Under the pieces are notes generated by a model. The model was not told the origin of the DNA. It made no database searches and saw nothing but the letters and a program-made list of their open reading frames with translations. From Octopus vulgaris (Eukaryota), in the NCBI GenBank assembly GCA_951406725.2, contig OX597816.1:140492001-140556000 (forward strand): DNA of 64,000 bases. Direction: 5' to 3'. This document shows positions 51,701 to 60,536 of the stretch, piece after piece. Position numbers and translations under genes: made by a program. The first letter of the stretch is position 1; every line of letters begins with the position of its first letter.

Positions 51701-54700
51701 GTGTCTTTCTTCTTATTAAGATGATAGGATGTTAACTTGGTGAAATTGATTGTATTTCTAGAAAGTTGAGTGACCAGATAGCGACACCCTTATTAACATT
51801 GTACAAGTGGATGTGTTTGAGAGAATATGTAGCCACAGAAACAATGAAATGCCAGGTCATCAACACAACACTTAATGCTGTTCACAGGATCACTTTTTTT
51901 TCTTTTATAAGAAAGCAAAGAAGACTACTTACCAACGACACTGGCTCCTCGTTCAGCAAATGCCAAAGCATATTGTCGACCCAAGCCTACAACAAAAGCA
52001 AATAGTTAAAAAAAAAAGAAAAAAAAAAGGCAGGAATGAAGGAAAAGAACAAATGAATGAACAAACAAAAGAAAGAAAAATGGCCCTGACTATCAGCATC
52101 TTGGTGAAATCTGAACTCCCAATACAAAGAGCCAAAACAGACAGTAAGGCATCTACTCTGACACTAATGATTCCACCCATAACCCACCCACCCTACACAC
52201 ACATTACATTGGTATTTATTTCACTAAAAGCTGTCCTCAGAATATAGGCCTATTTATTATCCAGAGCATTACTTTCTATACCAACAAATCAGAAATCTTT
52301 AAGAATACTAAAGGTATATACATATATATTGGAACTATAAGACTGAAAATACAAGCTGTCCATCATATATTAGATGTAGATGAGATGTGTGTTGTGTAAA
52401 CCAGAAATGGAAAAAAAAGAGAAGGCTGTTTTAATAGTAGTTGTAATGGTAGTGATGAAGTTGAGATAGTACATAATATTTAGAAGAGCAATGTAGCTAA
52501 ATCTTGATTTCTTACTGGCACCAATTTTACTTACAAAAGCTATACTATTTATTTTGAAACAGTATTTTGAAATTCTCATAGCCTTTTTTTCACAAGACTG
52601 ATTTGTTGTGAATTCCCATTTAATTTTTCTGGAGCCACTGCTACATTTAGATGCTGTTTGCTGCAGACAAGGCAAAATGGCATAGTATGACATATAAAGC
52701 CTATTGATAAGTATATAACATTGTACAAAAAAAAAGTCCCTTTTAAGACTCAATTTACAAGTTATTTAGATGCAGAAATTACTGCACAAAAAAGGAAAAT
52801 TCACACAGTTGGTGAGTATTTAATCATGCTTGCTTAAGTGAAATGCTGGAACGAGATGCAGCACAGGAAACTGAAAATCTTCCACTTTCAGACAATACAA
52901 TAAATCAACATATTTTGACACAAGGCCAGCAATTTTTTTGATAGAGAGGACCCAAGCCAATTAAATCAAACTCAGTGCTCAACCCTGAAAGGATGAAAGT
53001 CAAAGTCAACTTTGGCAGAATTTGAACTCAGAATGCAGAGGTGGACAAAATGCTGCTAAGCATCTTGCCCAGCATGCTGACTTAATAAATCTGCCAGCTT
53101 GTTGACATAATAAATCCACATATTGATAAAATATCACATAATACTGAAGGAGATATATACGATAAGATAAAAAATGCCAAAAGGCCATGAATTTGTATAG
53201 TTGACTGAATCATGCTCAAGACATGCCTGTTCTATTATATCAATCTAAATGTGTGAATGATGGTGTTGGCCTCAGCAGGATCTGAACTCATAATGGTAAT
53301 TATACTAAAGTACTATAAAGTATTTAATCTGATACTCTACCATATCTATCATTCCACCACCTTAGTGGTTTCCAAATAATACCTATATGTTCATCAGCTG
53401 GACTAAGGTTTAAAGAAAGAGAACTGTTATTTAACCAGGGTTGATAAGATATCAGACAATTAGGCAAGAGGTCAATGGTTCATATCCTGTCACAGGGCTG
53501 CATTATGTCAAATGTCTAACAGTAAGTAGGATTTGAAAGAGGTTTAGTTGCTATTTCTACCAGATTGTGTGACCATACAGATACTCTCTCATTGATTCAA
53601 GTTAGTCTATATTTGGTTTATGAGTGAGGAGTATAATTCAATCCATGGAAAAACCTGTCAGTCACAGACCAGTTTCCTGTCCAAGAGAGATGTGTCTCAT
53701 GTGTTCAATGCCACAAAAATAGGACAAAGATCTGAGGAACCTTATACTAACATGGAGTACCATTTATTGTGACTCAGGGTGTATGAGAGTCTCAGGTTCC
53801 AGGGAACTTTGTTATACCTGAGAGTGGCTAAAGGCCCCAAATTGTCATCAGCCATAAGGAAACTTGTAATACTCTTAAGAGCCACTGGTAATGATTAATG
53901 GAGTATGATTGCCACTAGCCTGAGAAACCTTGAAATACCCTTGAGTGCCACTGATAGTAGTTTATGGTATATGAATGTCACTATCCCCAAGGAAATTTTT
54001 AATACCCTTGCATATATTTTTAATAGTAACAATGGTGTACCAGTAATTCATGACAGTAAGATATGGCTGTCACAGGCATAGAATGTTATTGAAATATAAC
54101 TAAAGTACTAAACCCAAATGAAGCAGGAGATGGTGAAGCTATTTATACAATTAGGTTAAATTGATACATTTACACATGAATGTATGACAAGGGTTGATTA
54201 GAACTGATGTTAATCAATGGTAGCATATCTCAGATAATTAGATGTGACAGGTGTCAAAAATAAAGACACAAGATAAAGATTTTAATAGCAATATATGTGT
54301 TTGTTTCCTACTTCATAGCTTGTAACTGACTGTAGTGATTTTTTACTATGCTAAAATGTGGACACTTATTGAGTGTGAAATGATAAAAGATAGATAACCA
54401 GGCAAGATAGATGCACACACAAGTAATCAGATGGATAAACAGACTGATAGACAAAGGTCTACTGCAAATATTTTAGTATCACCAGAGCATTTTGCATCAG
54501 AAACCCCTAACTGAATGGTCCTCAATGACACAGCCCCAACACTACTTACATTTTCTACTCAGATTTAGGGATGGTAAATATTAAAATAAAATTTTTTTTA
54601 AAGAATCTCTCTTTGCAACAACTTGGTTTCCAGTTCAGTGCCACTGTATGGCATCCTGGGTAAGTGTCTTCTACTGTAGCCCCAGGTGGACAAATGCATC

Positions 54701-56654
54701 ATGAGTGAATTTTGGAAACAGAAATAGGATGAATCCCAGTGTGTGTGTGTGTGTGTATGAGTGGACAAATGAAAGGAAATGGCACTCAATACGTTTGTAG
54801 AAGTTACATGTATTACTGTTCCATATGACTTCAAGTTTCACAGGCCTCTAACAGGACCTTGTATCTTTTAGTACTGGGGTTGATTTACTTGAATAACCCT
54901 TCAAGATGGTGTTCTAGCATAGCTGCAGTCCAATGAATGCAAGAAGTAAAAAATAAAAGTTAATTATTCCACACAAATATGGGCGCTAGGTACACAATTC
55001 CTACATGTCTTTTGTCTGGTTAGCTTTCTATAAATATCATCATCATCATTTAGCACCTGCTTTCCATGCTGGCATGGATTAGATGGTGTGACTGGAACTG
55101 GTAAGCAGGAGAGCTGCATCAGGCTGCAGTCTGGTTTGGCTTGGTTTCTACAGATTGAGGCCCTTCCTAACACTAACCATGCTGCAGAGTGTAGCAGGAG
55201 CCTTTAACATGTCACCGGCACAGGTGCCTTTAACATATCACTGGCACAAGTGCTTTTGCCTTTAAAGTGTTACCAGCACAGCTGCCTTTAACATGTCACT
55301 GGTACAGGTGCCTTTAACATGTAACCAGCACAGGTGTCTTTAACATGTGACCAGCACAGGTGTCTTTAACATGTGACCAGCACAGCTGTCTTTAACATGT
55401 CTCCAGCACAAGTGCCTTTAACATGCCACCTACACAGATGCCTTTTACTTATCATGGACACCCAAAATGGAATAAATTCTGATGCTATGAGGATAAAAGT
55501 ATTCTAATGTTTTGGGCAGGGAGCTAAGTTTGTCTATGCATACATGTATCTATCACTCTGACTGACTCTCAGTCCTTCTCACACCACACCAACTTAATCT
55601 CTTTCCTGCATTTTATGGTACTAATTACTTGTACTTCAGACTACCACAAGTTTCTTCAGACACTAAAGCTTTACTAATGTATAAATTCAGTTTGACACAC
55701 TACCATAACATCAATTAAAATGTAATTACTTATAGCAAGTTCCACCTCTCACTAGCTATACTATCCACGTATACTTCAGACCACCACAAGTTCCCTCAGA
55801 CACTAATGTTTTACAGGTGTACGAAGAGGTGCTGGAAAGTTCTTGACTTTGGGTAAAAGAAAATATAGGAGGATCAGTTATGATTTTATTTAGCATATTC
55901 CCCTCTCAAATTCACACACTTATTGCAGAAGTCCTTCAGTTTTACTAAGCCCTGTAAAAGAACTCAGAAGGTTGGGGCTCCAACAAGGTCTTTCGCAATA
56001 TCCTTAAAGTCAGGAACTTTTCAGCATCCCCTCATATAAATTCAGATTAACACACCACCCACCCCATTTATAAACCATCATAATGTCAATTAAAATGTAA
56101 TTACTCAATGAGTTCCACCACTCACTAGCTATACAGTAAACAGGAGGTGAATTCAGCGTCACCACTAATTGCTATGGAGAGTTGTTGCTACCCAGCTTGT
56201 TCAACTGAGTATTTTTGAGTGCTTAACATTTTAATATAATAAAATCAGGAAGATAATGCAAAGACTTAATCTTTCAGATGATTGTATAAAGAGCTGATGG
56301 CAGAATCAATAAAATGTTGAACAAAATGTCTTTTGGTATTACTGCTATTTACGTTCCAAGTTCAAATTTCACCAGGAGACTTGCTTCTTTTTTTTTTTAT
56401 CTCTATTATCATTTATGTCACACACACACACACATATACATATATATATATATATACAAATATAATACAAATAAGAAAATGGAGGAACAGATTCCTTTCA
56501 ATCATCAACTTACAGATAATACCAATTCATATTATTTATTAACTACATAAATAGGAACATTCAAATCCAACAGCATAAAACAAAATACATCAATAAGTAA
56601 GATAATACCATAAAAATAATAGGGTTACACTCATAATCCCTATCTCACTTTGTA

Positions 56655-56710
<56 letters not shown>

Positions 56711-58241
56711 TATTCCTATACATGTGTACCCACCGACTTTGTTTTCTCATAACCTCCAGAAAAATGGATATTTTTTAAAATCAAATTTTCTACAAATAGG
56801 CTTCAGATAGTGTTGATTTATGTCGGAACTTATCATGAAAAATTTTTTTCTGTGGGACAGAAGAGGAGTTTCGGAAAATTCATACGTGTTGACTTTTTTT
56901 CCTCATAACTTTCAGAAAAATGGGTGTTTTTAATGAAATTTTCAACACATACTTTTCAGCGTGTGCAAATTACATATATAAAAAAAAATAATAATGAAAT
57001 TATTGTATACAGTGCTCAGGTGTACCACAACTTGTCAGAAAGTGCATATAAAGTACATGCAGTAATGTAGAAATGTCTCGAAAGCGAACAATGTATGAGT
57101 CAGATACATGCTTGTGTGTGTATGGAGGGGAGAAAATCAGGTGTAGTGTTGGCGAATCTCAGGAAGCATGGAAGTTTTGAAGGATGCTCCGACAACTAAC
57201 AACCGATGCCGGCAATTTGTTCCATGCTTCAGCAACTCTCAGCGTGAAAAAATGTTTCCTGAAGTCATGGGAGCTGTGCTGTTTTCTTACTTTGTAAATA
57301 TGTCCACGGGTGTTAGATGGGTGGAGTTTGAAAAGGTGCTCAGAGTTATTGTTTGTGCGATAGTTGATAATTTTATGGTTGTCTGCCAAGTCAGCTGCCA
57401 GACATCGGAGTTTCAATGTGTCCATGCCCAGGGAAGTAAGGCGTTCAGGATATGGCAAATGCCTGATGGAGGGTATTCTTTTGGTTGCACGTCGCTGAAC
57501 AGCTTCCAGACGATTGATGTCCTGGGCAAGATATCGGAATTTAATGTGAAAAAAAAAATAGTGAGCACACACGTATACAAATGAAACACATTCCAATTCG
57601 TTTTCGAAATTTCTAGTTCCATTTAGTAAATGTATGTGACGCTTGTCAGTATGTATGTTTTTTTCTTTTTCTTTTTTCATAATTAATTTCCGATACAATC
57701 GTAATCTACACACTGAAAAGTATCTGAAGAAAATTTCATTACAAATAACCATTTTTCTGAAAGTAATGAAGAAACAAAGCCAACTCGTGTTAATTTTCCT
57801 CTTCACACCCACAGAAAAATGTTTTCGCAAAAAATTCTGAAATAATCGGAATCTACACTATCTGAAGAGTATTTGTAGAAAATTTCATTGAAAATATCCA
57901 TTTTTCTGGGAGATATGAGGAAACAAAGTCAGGAGGGGTACACATGTGTAGGAACAGTCATCGAATTTAATTATTCATTGTGAAAAATAAAGAGTATTTA
58001 TTCATACCAGTCATCTGTCTATGTATACATATATACCGATAGCTATAGATCTACGTACTACTCATAATTGTCATCTTTCTGGACAATTGCAAGTTCCTTT
58101 TGATGTGAATGGTAATGAAGTTACATCTTAACTCATTATTGACAAATAAATATTCAAAAGAGAAAGAAAAAGGACAATCTTACCATTGCCTGCACCGGTG
58201 ATAAGTACCACTTGTCCATCGAACTGTAGTGGCGAAGCCAT
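2215..58241 (-). CDS. HSD17B4: Peroxisomal multifunctional enzyme type 2 (D-bifunctional protein), 22 coding exons; 3'-terminal exon outside window
   Basis: Manual splicing gives a stop-free 701-codon frame: [26 protein letters not shown] (Rossmann TGxxxGxG), NNAG, SSAAG..YGAAK (SDR S/YxxxK), [20 protein letters not shown] (hydratase-2 motif), LHGLC, then SCP2-like [19 protein letters not shown]. All introns are GT-AG with consistent phases. Confidence 0.97.
2407..2615 (-). mobile_element. tRNA-derived SINE family B (~210 bp)
   Basis: Motif ggatgaaaggcaaagtcaacc..aatttgaactcagaa..ctgccagc, also at ~15640, 22395, 22610, 23500, 31130(+), 38830(+), 47560(+), 52915. Confidence 0.8.
3738..3882 (-). 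CDS. HSD17B4: HSD17B4 exon 21, SCP2 domain start ([16 protein letters not shown]...[21 protein letters not shown])
   Basis: tgccag acceptor, gtaagt donor; 145 nt. Confidence 0.95.
4227..4410. repeat. Long hairpin / inverted repeat
   Basis: Perfect 51-nt arms at 4254-4304 and 4333-4383, with imperfect extension on both sides. Confidence 0.95.
4950..6100 (+). mobile_element. Highly decayed R4/Dong-like LINE fragment
   Basis: ~5248-5330 reads [26 protein letters not shown], matching [20 protein letters not shown] of the 25.4-kb copy; boundaries approximate. Confidence 0.55.
5420..5639. mobile_element. piggyBac-like MITE (220 bp)
   Basis: TIRs cccttaagcattca / tgaatgctaaagag, flanked by tcaa and ttaa. 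Confidence 0.7.
6180..8400 (-). mobile_element. Non-coding (TRIM/LARD-like) LTR retroelement in tandem arrangement; LTR 7153-7856
   Basis: LTR starts TGTAG at 7856 and is homologous to the solo LTR at 60537-61218; PPT actggcagagggagtg at 7872-7857; PBS-like TGGTGACCC motifs downstream; internal segment 6226-6340 repeated at 8270-8385. Confidence 0.8.
8455..8544 (-). CDS. HSD17B4: HSD17B4 exon 20 ([30 protein letters not shown])
   Basis: tttcag acceptor, gtaagt donor; 90 nt. Confidence 0.92.
8844..8930 (-). CDS. HSD17B4: HSD17B4 exon 19 ([29 protein letters not shown])
   Basis: RF.KP..PGQTL.TEMW motif; tttcag acceptor, gtgagt donor; 87 nt. Confidence 0.96.
10770..11842. repeat. Large inverted repeat (~370-400 bp arms, ~290 bp spacer), Penelope-like geometry
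   Basis: 10770-11141 is the reverse complement of 11437-11842, e.g. acctgttgtctgcaatggaattgaccaaagtctatccatctctataattgg. Confidence 0.9.
12402..13936. mobile_element. Long-TIR foldback/MITE-like element (~350-bp arms)
   Basis: 12402-12764 is inverted at 13598-13936; outer 18 nt perfect (gtggagctggatgacagt / actgtcatccagctccac); partial third arm copy at ~13400-13515. Confidence 0.8.
13961..14156. repeat. 17-bp minisatellite, 11.5 copies (taca[a/g]ccttacacaggg)
   Basis: Units counted directly; explains the repetitive ORF 13906-14223. Confidence 0.97.
15245..15351 (-). CDS. HSD17B4: HSD17B4 exon 18 ([36 protein letters not shown])
   Basis: LHGLC motif; gaacag acceptor, gtaagt donor; 107 nt. 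Confidence 0.96.
15975..16044 (-). CDS. HSD17B4: HSD17B4 exon 17 ([23 protein letters not shown])
   Basis: Hydratase-2 catalytic Asp/His motif; ttttag acceptor, gtaagt donor; 70 nt. Confidence 0.97.
16117..16361. mobile_element. hAT-type MITE
   Basis: cagtggttctcaa..ttgaaaaacattg ends; same family as 45978-46308. Confidence 0.7.
16562..16734 (-). CDS. HSD17B4: HSD17B4 exon 16 ([28 protein letters not shown]...EESTLLDQ)
   Basis: GSGGFGG motif; tttcag acceptor, gtgaga donor; 173 nt. Confidence 0.96.
17080..19380 (-). mobile_element. Decayed CR1-group/Jockey-like LINE ORF2 (endonuclease + RT)
   Basis: [37 protein letters not shown] (GVPQGSVLSPTL-like) and [15 protein letters not shown] remnants, with many stops. 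Confidence 0.75.
19392..19515 (-). CDS. HSD17B4: HSD17B4 exon 15 ([41 protein letters not shown])
   Basis: LHGEQ and DKGSG motifs; tgtcag acceptor, gtaagt donor; 124 nt. Confidence 0.97.
20092..20600 (-). mobile_element. Young 5'-truncated RTE 3'UTR copy with ~59-bp tandem units
   Basis: (cat)n-cgtttaacgtccgctttccatgctagc end matches the tail of the RTE at 48623; CpG-rich. Confidence 0.85.
21030..21124. repeat. Compound (TA)n(GA)n microsatellite
   Basis: Direct reading. Confidence 0.95.
22151..22308 (-). CDS. HSD17B4: HSD17B4 exon 14 ([27 protein letters not shown]...[11 protein letters not shown])
   Basis: KFLYE..F.VLPTF motif; tttcag acceptor, gtaata donor; 158 nt. Confidence 0.96.
22395..22820 (-). 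mobile_element. Two head-to-tail SINE family B copies
   Basis: 22395-22600 and 22610-22820, each bordered by (taa)n. Confidence 0.85.
22870..23170 (+). mobile_element. R4/Dong LINE 3' fragment (restriction-like endonuclease region)
   Basis: Frame-broken translation: [49 protein letters not shown]. Confidence 0.7.
23720..25620 (+). mobile_element. R4/Dong-clade LINE RT remnant interrupted by an RTE tail
   Basis: [79 protein letters not shown]; multiple stops and frameshifts. Confidence 0.9.
24662..25187 (+). mobile_element. Young RTE 3'UTR copy with ~67-bp tandem units, nested in the R4 element
   Basis: Ends ggacgttaaac(gat)n; splits the R4 frame between ..FSVLE and EMKE.. Confidence 0.85.
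25987..26062 (-). CDS. HSD17B4: HSD17B4 exon 13 ([25 protein letters not shown])
   Basis: ccttag acceptor, gtaaga donor; 76 nt; ILYAL hydratase start. Confidence 0.93.
26317..26710 (-). ncRNA. Decayed minimal hammerhead-ribozyme motifs repeated at 346 bp (retrozyme / Penelope pLTR-like)
   Basis: TTGATAA-GGCC-CAAGAA-GGCT-GAAA-TGCA-TT at 26368-26338, with complementary flanks 26317-26328 / 26372-26384; second half-copy GGCC-TAAGAA-GGCC-GAAA-TGGA-TC at 26707-26684. Confidence 0.6.
28041..28117 (-). CDS. HSD17B4: HSD17B4 exon 12, interdomain linker ([26 protein letters not shown])
   Basis: ttgcag acceptor, gtgagt donor; 77 nt; phase 1-0 fits both neighbours; weakly conserved. Confidence 0.85.
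29107..29260 (-). mobile_element. Short RTE 3' tail
   Basis: Same terminal motif; ggatgcccttcct duplicated at the truncation point. Confidence 0.8.
29697..29759 (-). CDS. HSD17B4: HSD17B4 exon 11 ([21 protein letters not shown])
   Basis: tttcag acceptor, gtaaga donor; 63 nt. Confidence 0.94.
30341..30677 (-). mobile_element. Young RTE 3'UTR copy
   Basis: Near-identical to the 20092 and 24662 copies. Confidence 0.85.
31438..31500 (-). CDS. HSD17B4: HSD17B4 exon 10 ([21 protein letters not shown])
   Basis: cttcag acceptor, gtatga donor; 63 nt. Confidence 0.95.
32177..32512 (+). mobile_element. tRNA-derived SINE family C
   Basis: A-box tggctcagtggttag, B-box-like gtttgattcc, core ttgtgttcttgaacaagaca; related heads at ~42277(+) and ~46850-47015(-). 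Confidence 0.75.
32761..32852. repeat. (GATA)n plus (GT)n microsatellite
   Basis: Direct reading. Confidence 0.95.
33294..33382. repeat. (GT)n(GA)n microsatellite
   Basis: Direct reading. Confidence 0.95.
35423..35539 (-). CDS. HSD17B4: HSD17B4 exon 9 ([39 protein letters not shown])
   Basis: tttcag acceptor, gtaatc donor; 117 nt. Confidence 0.96.
35788..36172 (+). mobile_element. Full-length tRNA/CORE-type SINE family A with internal (TA)n
   Basis: A-box tggctgtgtgg, B-box agttcaattcc, CORE-like tgcgtgacaccttg..ttctactatagcc, conserved 3' half. Confidence 0.85.
37024..37146 (-). CDS. HSD17B4: HSD17B4 exon 8 ([41 protein letters not shown])
   Basis: Carries the catalytic Lys; tttcag acceptor, gtgagt donor; 123 nt. 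Confidence 0.97.
39386..39905. mobile_element. MITE/foldback element with ~150-bp TIRs
   Basis: 39386-39534 is inverted at 39753-39905 (tattacatggaaaaatgc.. / ..gcatttttccatgtaata). Confidence 0.88.
39938..40245 (+). mobile_element. RTE LINE N-terminal APE endonuclease fragment
   Basis: [56 protein letters not shown]. Confidence 0.85.
40903..40967 (-). CDS. HSD17B4: HSD17B4 exon 7 ([21 protein letters not shown])
   Basis: Carries the SDR catalytic Ser and Tyr; atccag acceptor, gtaatc donor; 65 nt. Confidence 0.97.
41368..41452 (-). CDS. HSD17B4: HSD17B4 exon 6 ([29 protein letters not shown])
   Basis: ttgcag acceptor, gtaact donor; 85 nt. Confidence 0.96.
41687..41755 (-). CDS. HSD17B4: HSD17B4 exon 5 ([23 protein letters not shown])
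   Basis: NNAG motif; gttag acceptor, gtaagt donor; 69 nt. Confidence 0.97.
43174..43233 (-). CDS. HSD17B4: HSD17B4 exon 4 ([20 protein letters not shown])
   Basis: aattag acceptor, gtaagt donor, 60 nt. Confidence 0.96.
43618..44310 (-). mobile_element. Mariner transposase remnant with internal deletion and left TIR
   Basis: [10 protein letters not shown].. HTH start; [32 protein letters not shown] (degenerate YSPDLAPSDYHLF); TIR attgggtcatcccataaataatgcgg. Confidence 0.9.
45189..45296 (-). CDS. HSD17B4: HSD17B4 exon 3 ([35 protein letters not shown])
   Basis: ttttaag acceptor, gtaaga donor, 108 nt. Confidence 0.96.
45978..46308. mobile_element. hAT (Charlie-like) MITE
   Basis: Perfect 13-bp TIRs cagtggttctcaa / ttgagaaccactg; 8-bp flanks ctcaagag / atctagag. 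Confidence 0.88.
48623..50957 (-). mobile_element. 5'-truncated RTE-clade LINE (RT pseudogene + 3'UTR with tandem repeats + (GAT)n tail)
   Basis: [73 protein letters not shown]; frameshifts and stops present. Confidence 0.95.
51933..51986 (-). CDS. HSD17B4: HSD17B4 exon 2 ([17 protein letters not shown])
   Basis: ttgtag acceptor, gtaagt donor, 54 nt, phase 1-1. Confidence 0.96.
53730..54050. repeat. Degenerate ~66-bp tandem repeat, about 4-5 copies
   Basis: Recurrent aggaa(a)c(c)ttgtaatacccttgagtgccactg..atggagtatga..gtcactagcc. Confidence 0.65.
55036..55447 (-). mobile_element. RTE 3' tail ending in a 26-bp minisatellite (~9 copies, 55200-55445)
   Basis: Unit cctttaacatgtcaccagcacaggtg follows gcccttcctaacactaacca. 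Confidence 0.85.
55822..56034. mobile_element. Mariner-type MITE with TA target duplication
   Basis: TIRs cgaagaggtgctggaaagttcttgacttt / aaagtcaggaacttttcagcatcccctca; empty site visible in the adjacent duplicate. Confidence 0.9.
56713..57954. mobile_element. TIR element (~130-bp arms) containing a nested CR1 fragment
   Basis: ttcctatacatgtgtacccc.. at 56713 is inverted as ..ggggtacacatgtgtaggaa at 57954. Confidence 0.8.
56990..57535 (-). mobile_element. CR1-group LINE 3' fragment
   Basis: [50 protein letters not shown]. Confidence 0.9.
58184..58241 (-). CDS. HSD17B4: HSD17B4 coding exon 1 ([20 protein letters not shown])
   Basis: ATG in a strong Kozak context (gccATGG); 58 nt; donor gtaag. 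Confidence 0.95.
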
Positions 58242-58531
58242 GGCAGTTGACACAAATTATGGTTGGTGTTAATTACGCAGTGAGAGTTATCTCCCCCTAT
58301 TTCAACAGCTTGCCTAAACAATTGAACAAAAAAGTGAACTTTGATCTGGAAACTAAACGATGTCAATATTGCCTGTCAAGCGGAGTAGGGAGAGAACAAA
58401 CATAAACACACACACACATGGTGGGTCAAAAGTCATGCACAAAATAAATTCGATACACTCCGGAATTGTCGGCAATGCTTCAATTTTTCTAAAACTGAAT
58501 AAAGTAAATAAAATAGTGATGAATGCATACA
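58242..58531 (-). promoter_or_regulatory. Probable 5'UTR/proximal promoter of HSD17B4
   Basis: Only non-repetitive stretch between the ATG and the upstream LTR fragment; several intact CpGs. An upstream non-coding exon cannot be excluded. Confidence 0.5.
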
Positions 58532-58737
58532 TGTAGGATCTTGCAGGCATGAAGTGGATTCGATCCACCATAGCCAAATTTAAATTAACACTGCAACAGA
58601 ACTTTTCCCGCAGTGGAACAATGGTTTTTCTGTGAAAGCAGTTTTACATTTTCCAGATGCCGTTAGCTAGGCCGAAATAATGTCTTCACCACTAGACCCT
58701 TATAACCTCTTCTACTTCACCAAAAACCAGAATAGAG
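58532..58737 (+). mobile_element. 5' fragment of the same LTR family
   Basis: tgtaggatcttgc..ccaccatagccaaatttaaattaacactgc..gctaggccgaaataatgtcttcaccact. Confidence 0.88.
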
Positions 58738-60440
58738 AGTCTGGCATGTAAGCATAAAGTTCATAGGGAAGCCCATCCAAACTAGGCGATTTACCCCTCA
58801 TGCAGCTAGCCATTACTTCCTGTATTTCAAAGGCTGTTATCGGCCTTTCGCAGCACTCCACCTCCGTTGCCGAGAGCCGCGTCAGTCTGTCAAAGTGGGA
58901 CGTGAAATCTATCCAGCTCACCGCTGCTCCCTAACAGTTGAGCGAAGTGCCACTGAAAGGCCGCAACATCTGTCTTAGATCAGTTATCATTTGCTCATCG
59001 TGGTCTGGCAAGGATCGGATCATAGATTTATTGCCACATCTTGCCTCTGCCATTCGGGCCCATTGACTGGTTTTTGTCTCTTCATATCTAAGTGCTCATG
59101 CCTTAGCTCTGGCAATACAAACTTTGTGTTTCTCATTGGAGAATTGGTTGAGTACCAATCTCGCTGCAAGCACGTCGGTTGTGATGCCTTGTCTAACTTT
59201 TTGACTAGCCCTGCCTCTACTCTGTTTCTTTCTACTAGTCCTTTGCTAAGGCTTATCAATTGTTTTCTAATCGCCCTTTTCAGGGCAAACCACCATTTAT
59301 TGTTCATTACTGCCCCTGTCAATGCCTTTTTAACTAGTTCACTAATCTGGTCGCTGAAATCTTTATGCACCAGCAACATGTTCAGCTTCCAGTAACCAGG
59401 TCCCCATCTGTGAAGCCTATCTAAATTGACTGTACAGATCATGAATTTGTGGTATGTGTAGTCGACTACTTTAAACTGTAGACAACCTTTGCTATCCTTA
59501 TCTGCTACTCTACAGAATGTCCTATCGAGGAAATAATCTGGATGATCCAATGTAGTTTGACCAGGTCCACACTGGAACATCCAGGAAATCCAATCAATAC
59601 CTGTCAGACATTTGGAATCGTCTGAGTAGGTTTGTGAGACTTTTGCACCCTCCTCTCATATCTACTAAACCTATATAGTCCTCCCTTACATCTAAAACTC
59701 CATTCCAATCCCCACCTAACACTAAAGAGCAGGACATTCCCAGACATCTGAAGGAATCTGGTAGTCTTGTCCCTGCCAGAGTATAGACGGCAACTAGCCT
59801 GAAAGTATGTCCTTCACTGCCTGTCATATCCAGGACTACCGACTTACCTTCCAGATCCATGAAGATCGTCTGTATTGCAAGATCCAGATTTCTATGAACC
59901 ATCACGGCGACTCCACCTCCAGCTTCCGGACGACTTGGAGATACATACACCTCATAGTCGTCAAAAATGAGTCAGAAGTCCCATGAGTCGGAGATTCTGC
60001 TTTCACTAATGGCCACTATGTCGACATTCAGTGCCTTGAAGTCCTTCAGGTGACCCCACTTCTAAAGCAACCCCAGGCCACGTACATTCATGCTACCTGT
60101 TTTGTACACGACCATGGTATCGGAAAAAGGAAAGAAAAGAAAAGAAAACTTACTTGGTTTTGTTTGGAGGGGTGGATTGCCCATCCAAACAAAACCAAGT
60201 AAGTTTTCTTTTTCTTTGGCTTGGGGTGTTTCCAACAGTAAATCACCAAGAATTCTCTTGGTGATATTCCCTCAAAAATCTCCAATTTCCTGTGAGAATT
60301 AGGTTTTTAAGTGTGTATATGTCTTTTGTGTTGTTTGAATGATTTGTATGTATGCAGGAAGGGAGATTGTGGGTATGACAAAATCGTCTGGTGTAATGTT
60401 TGTGTGTGTGTTATTATGTACTTCATTAATTCATTGTTTT
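58738..60440 (-). mobile_element. L1/Tx1-clade LINE remnant (ORF1 end; ORF2 endonuclease to pre-RT)
   Basis: MVVYKTGSMNVRGLG (ATG 60115), GGGVAV, LVLGGDWN, GPGYWKLN, GKSPSLDGLPYELY; frameshifted. Confidence 0.88.
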
Positions 60441-60536
60441 TTTGTGCTTATTGCCATGTAGTTGTTGGTTGACTTCTAGTGCACTCTGTGTATGTGTATG
60501 TATATACATATATATATATATGTATGTATGTATGTA

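Noticed and set aside
57159-57830. 223-aa ORF as a host gene
   Set aside because: Chimera of AT-rich TIR-element sequence and a CR1 ORF2 C-terminus
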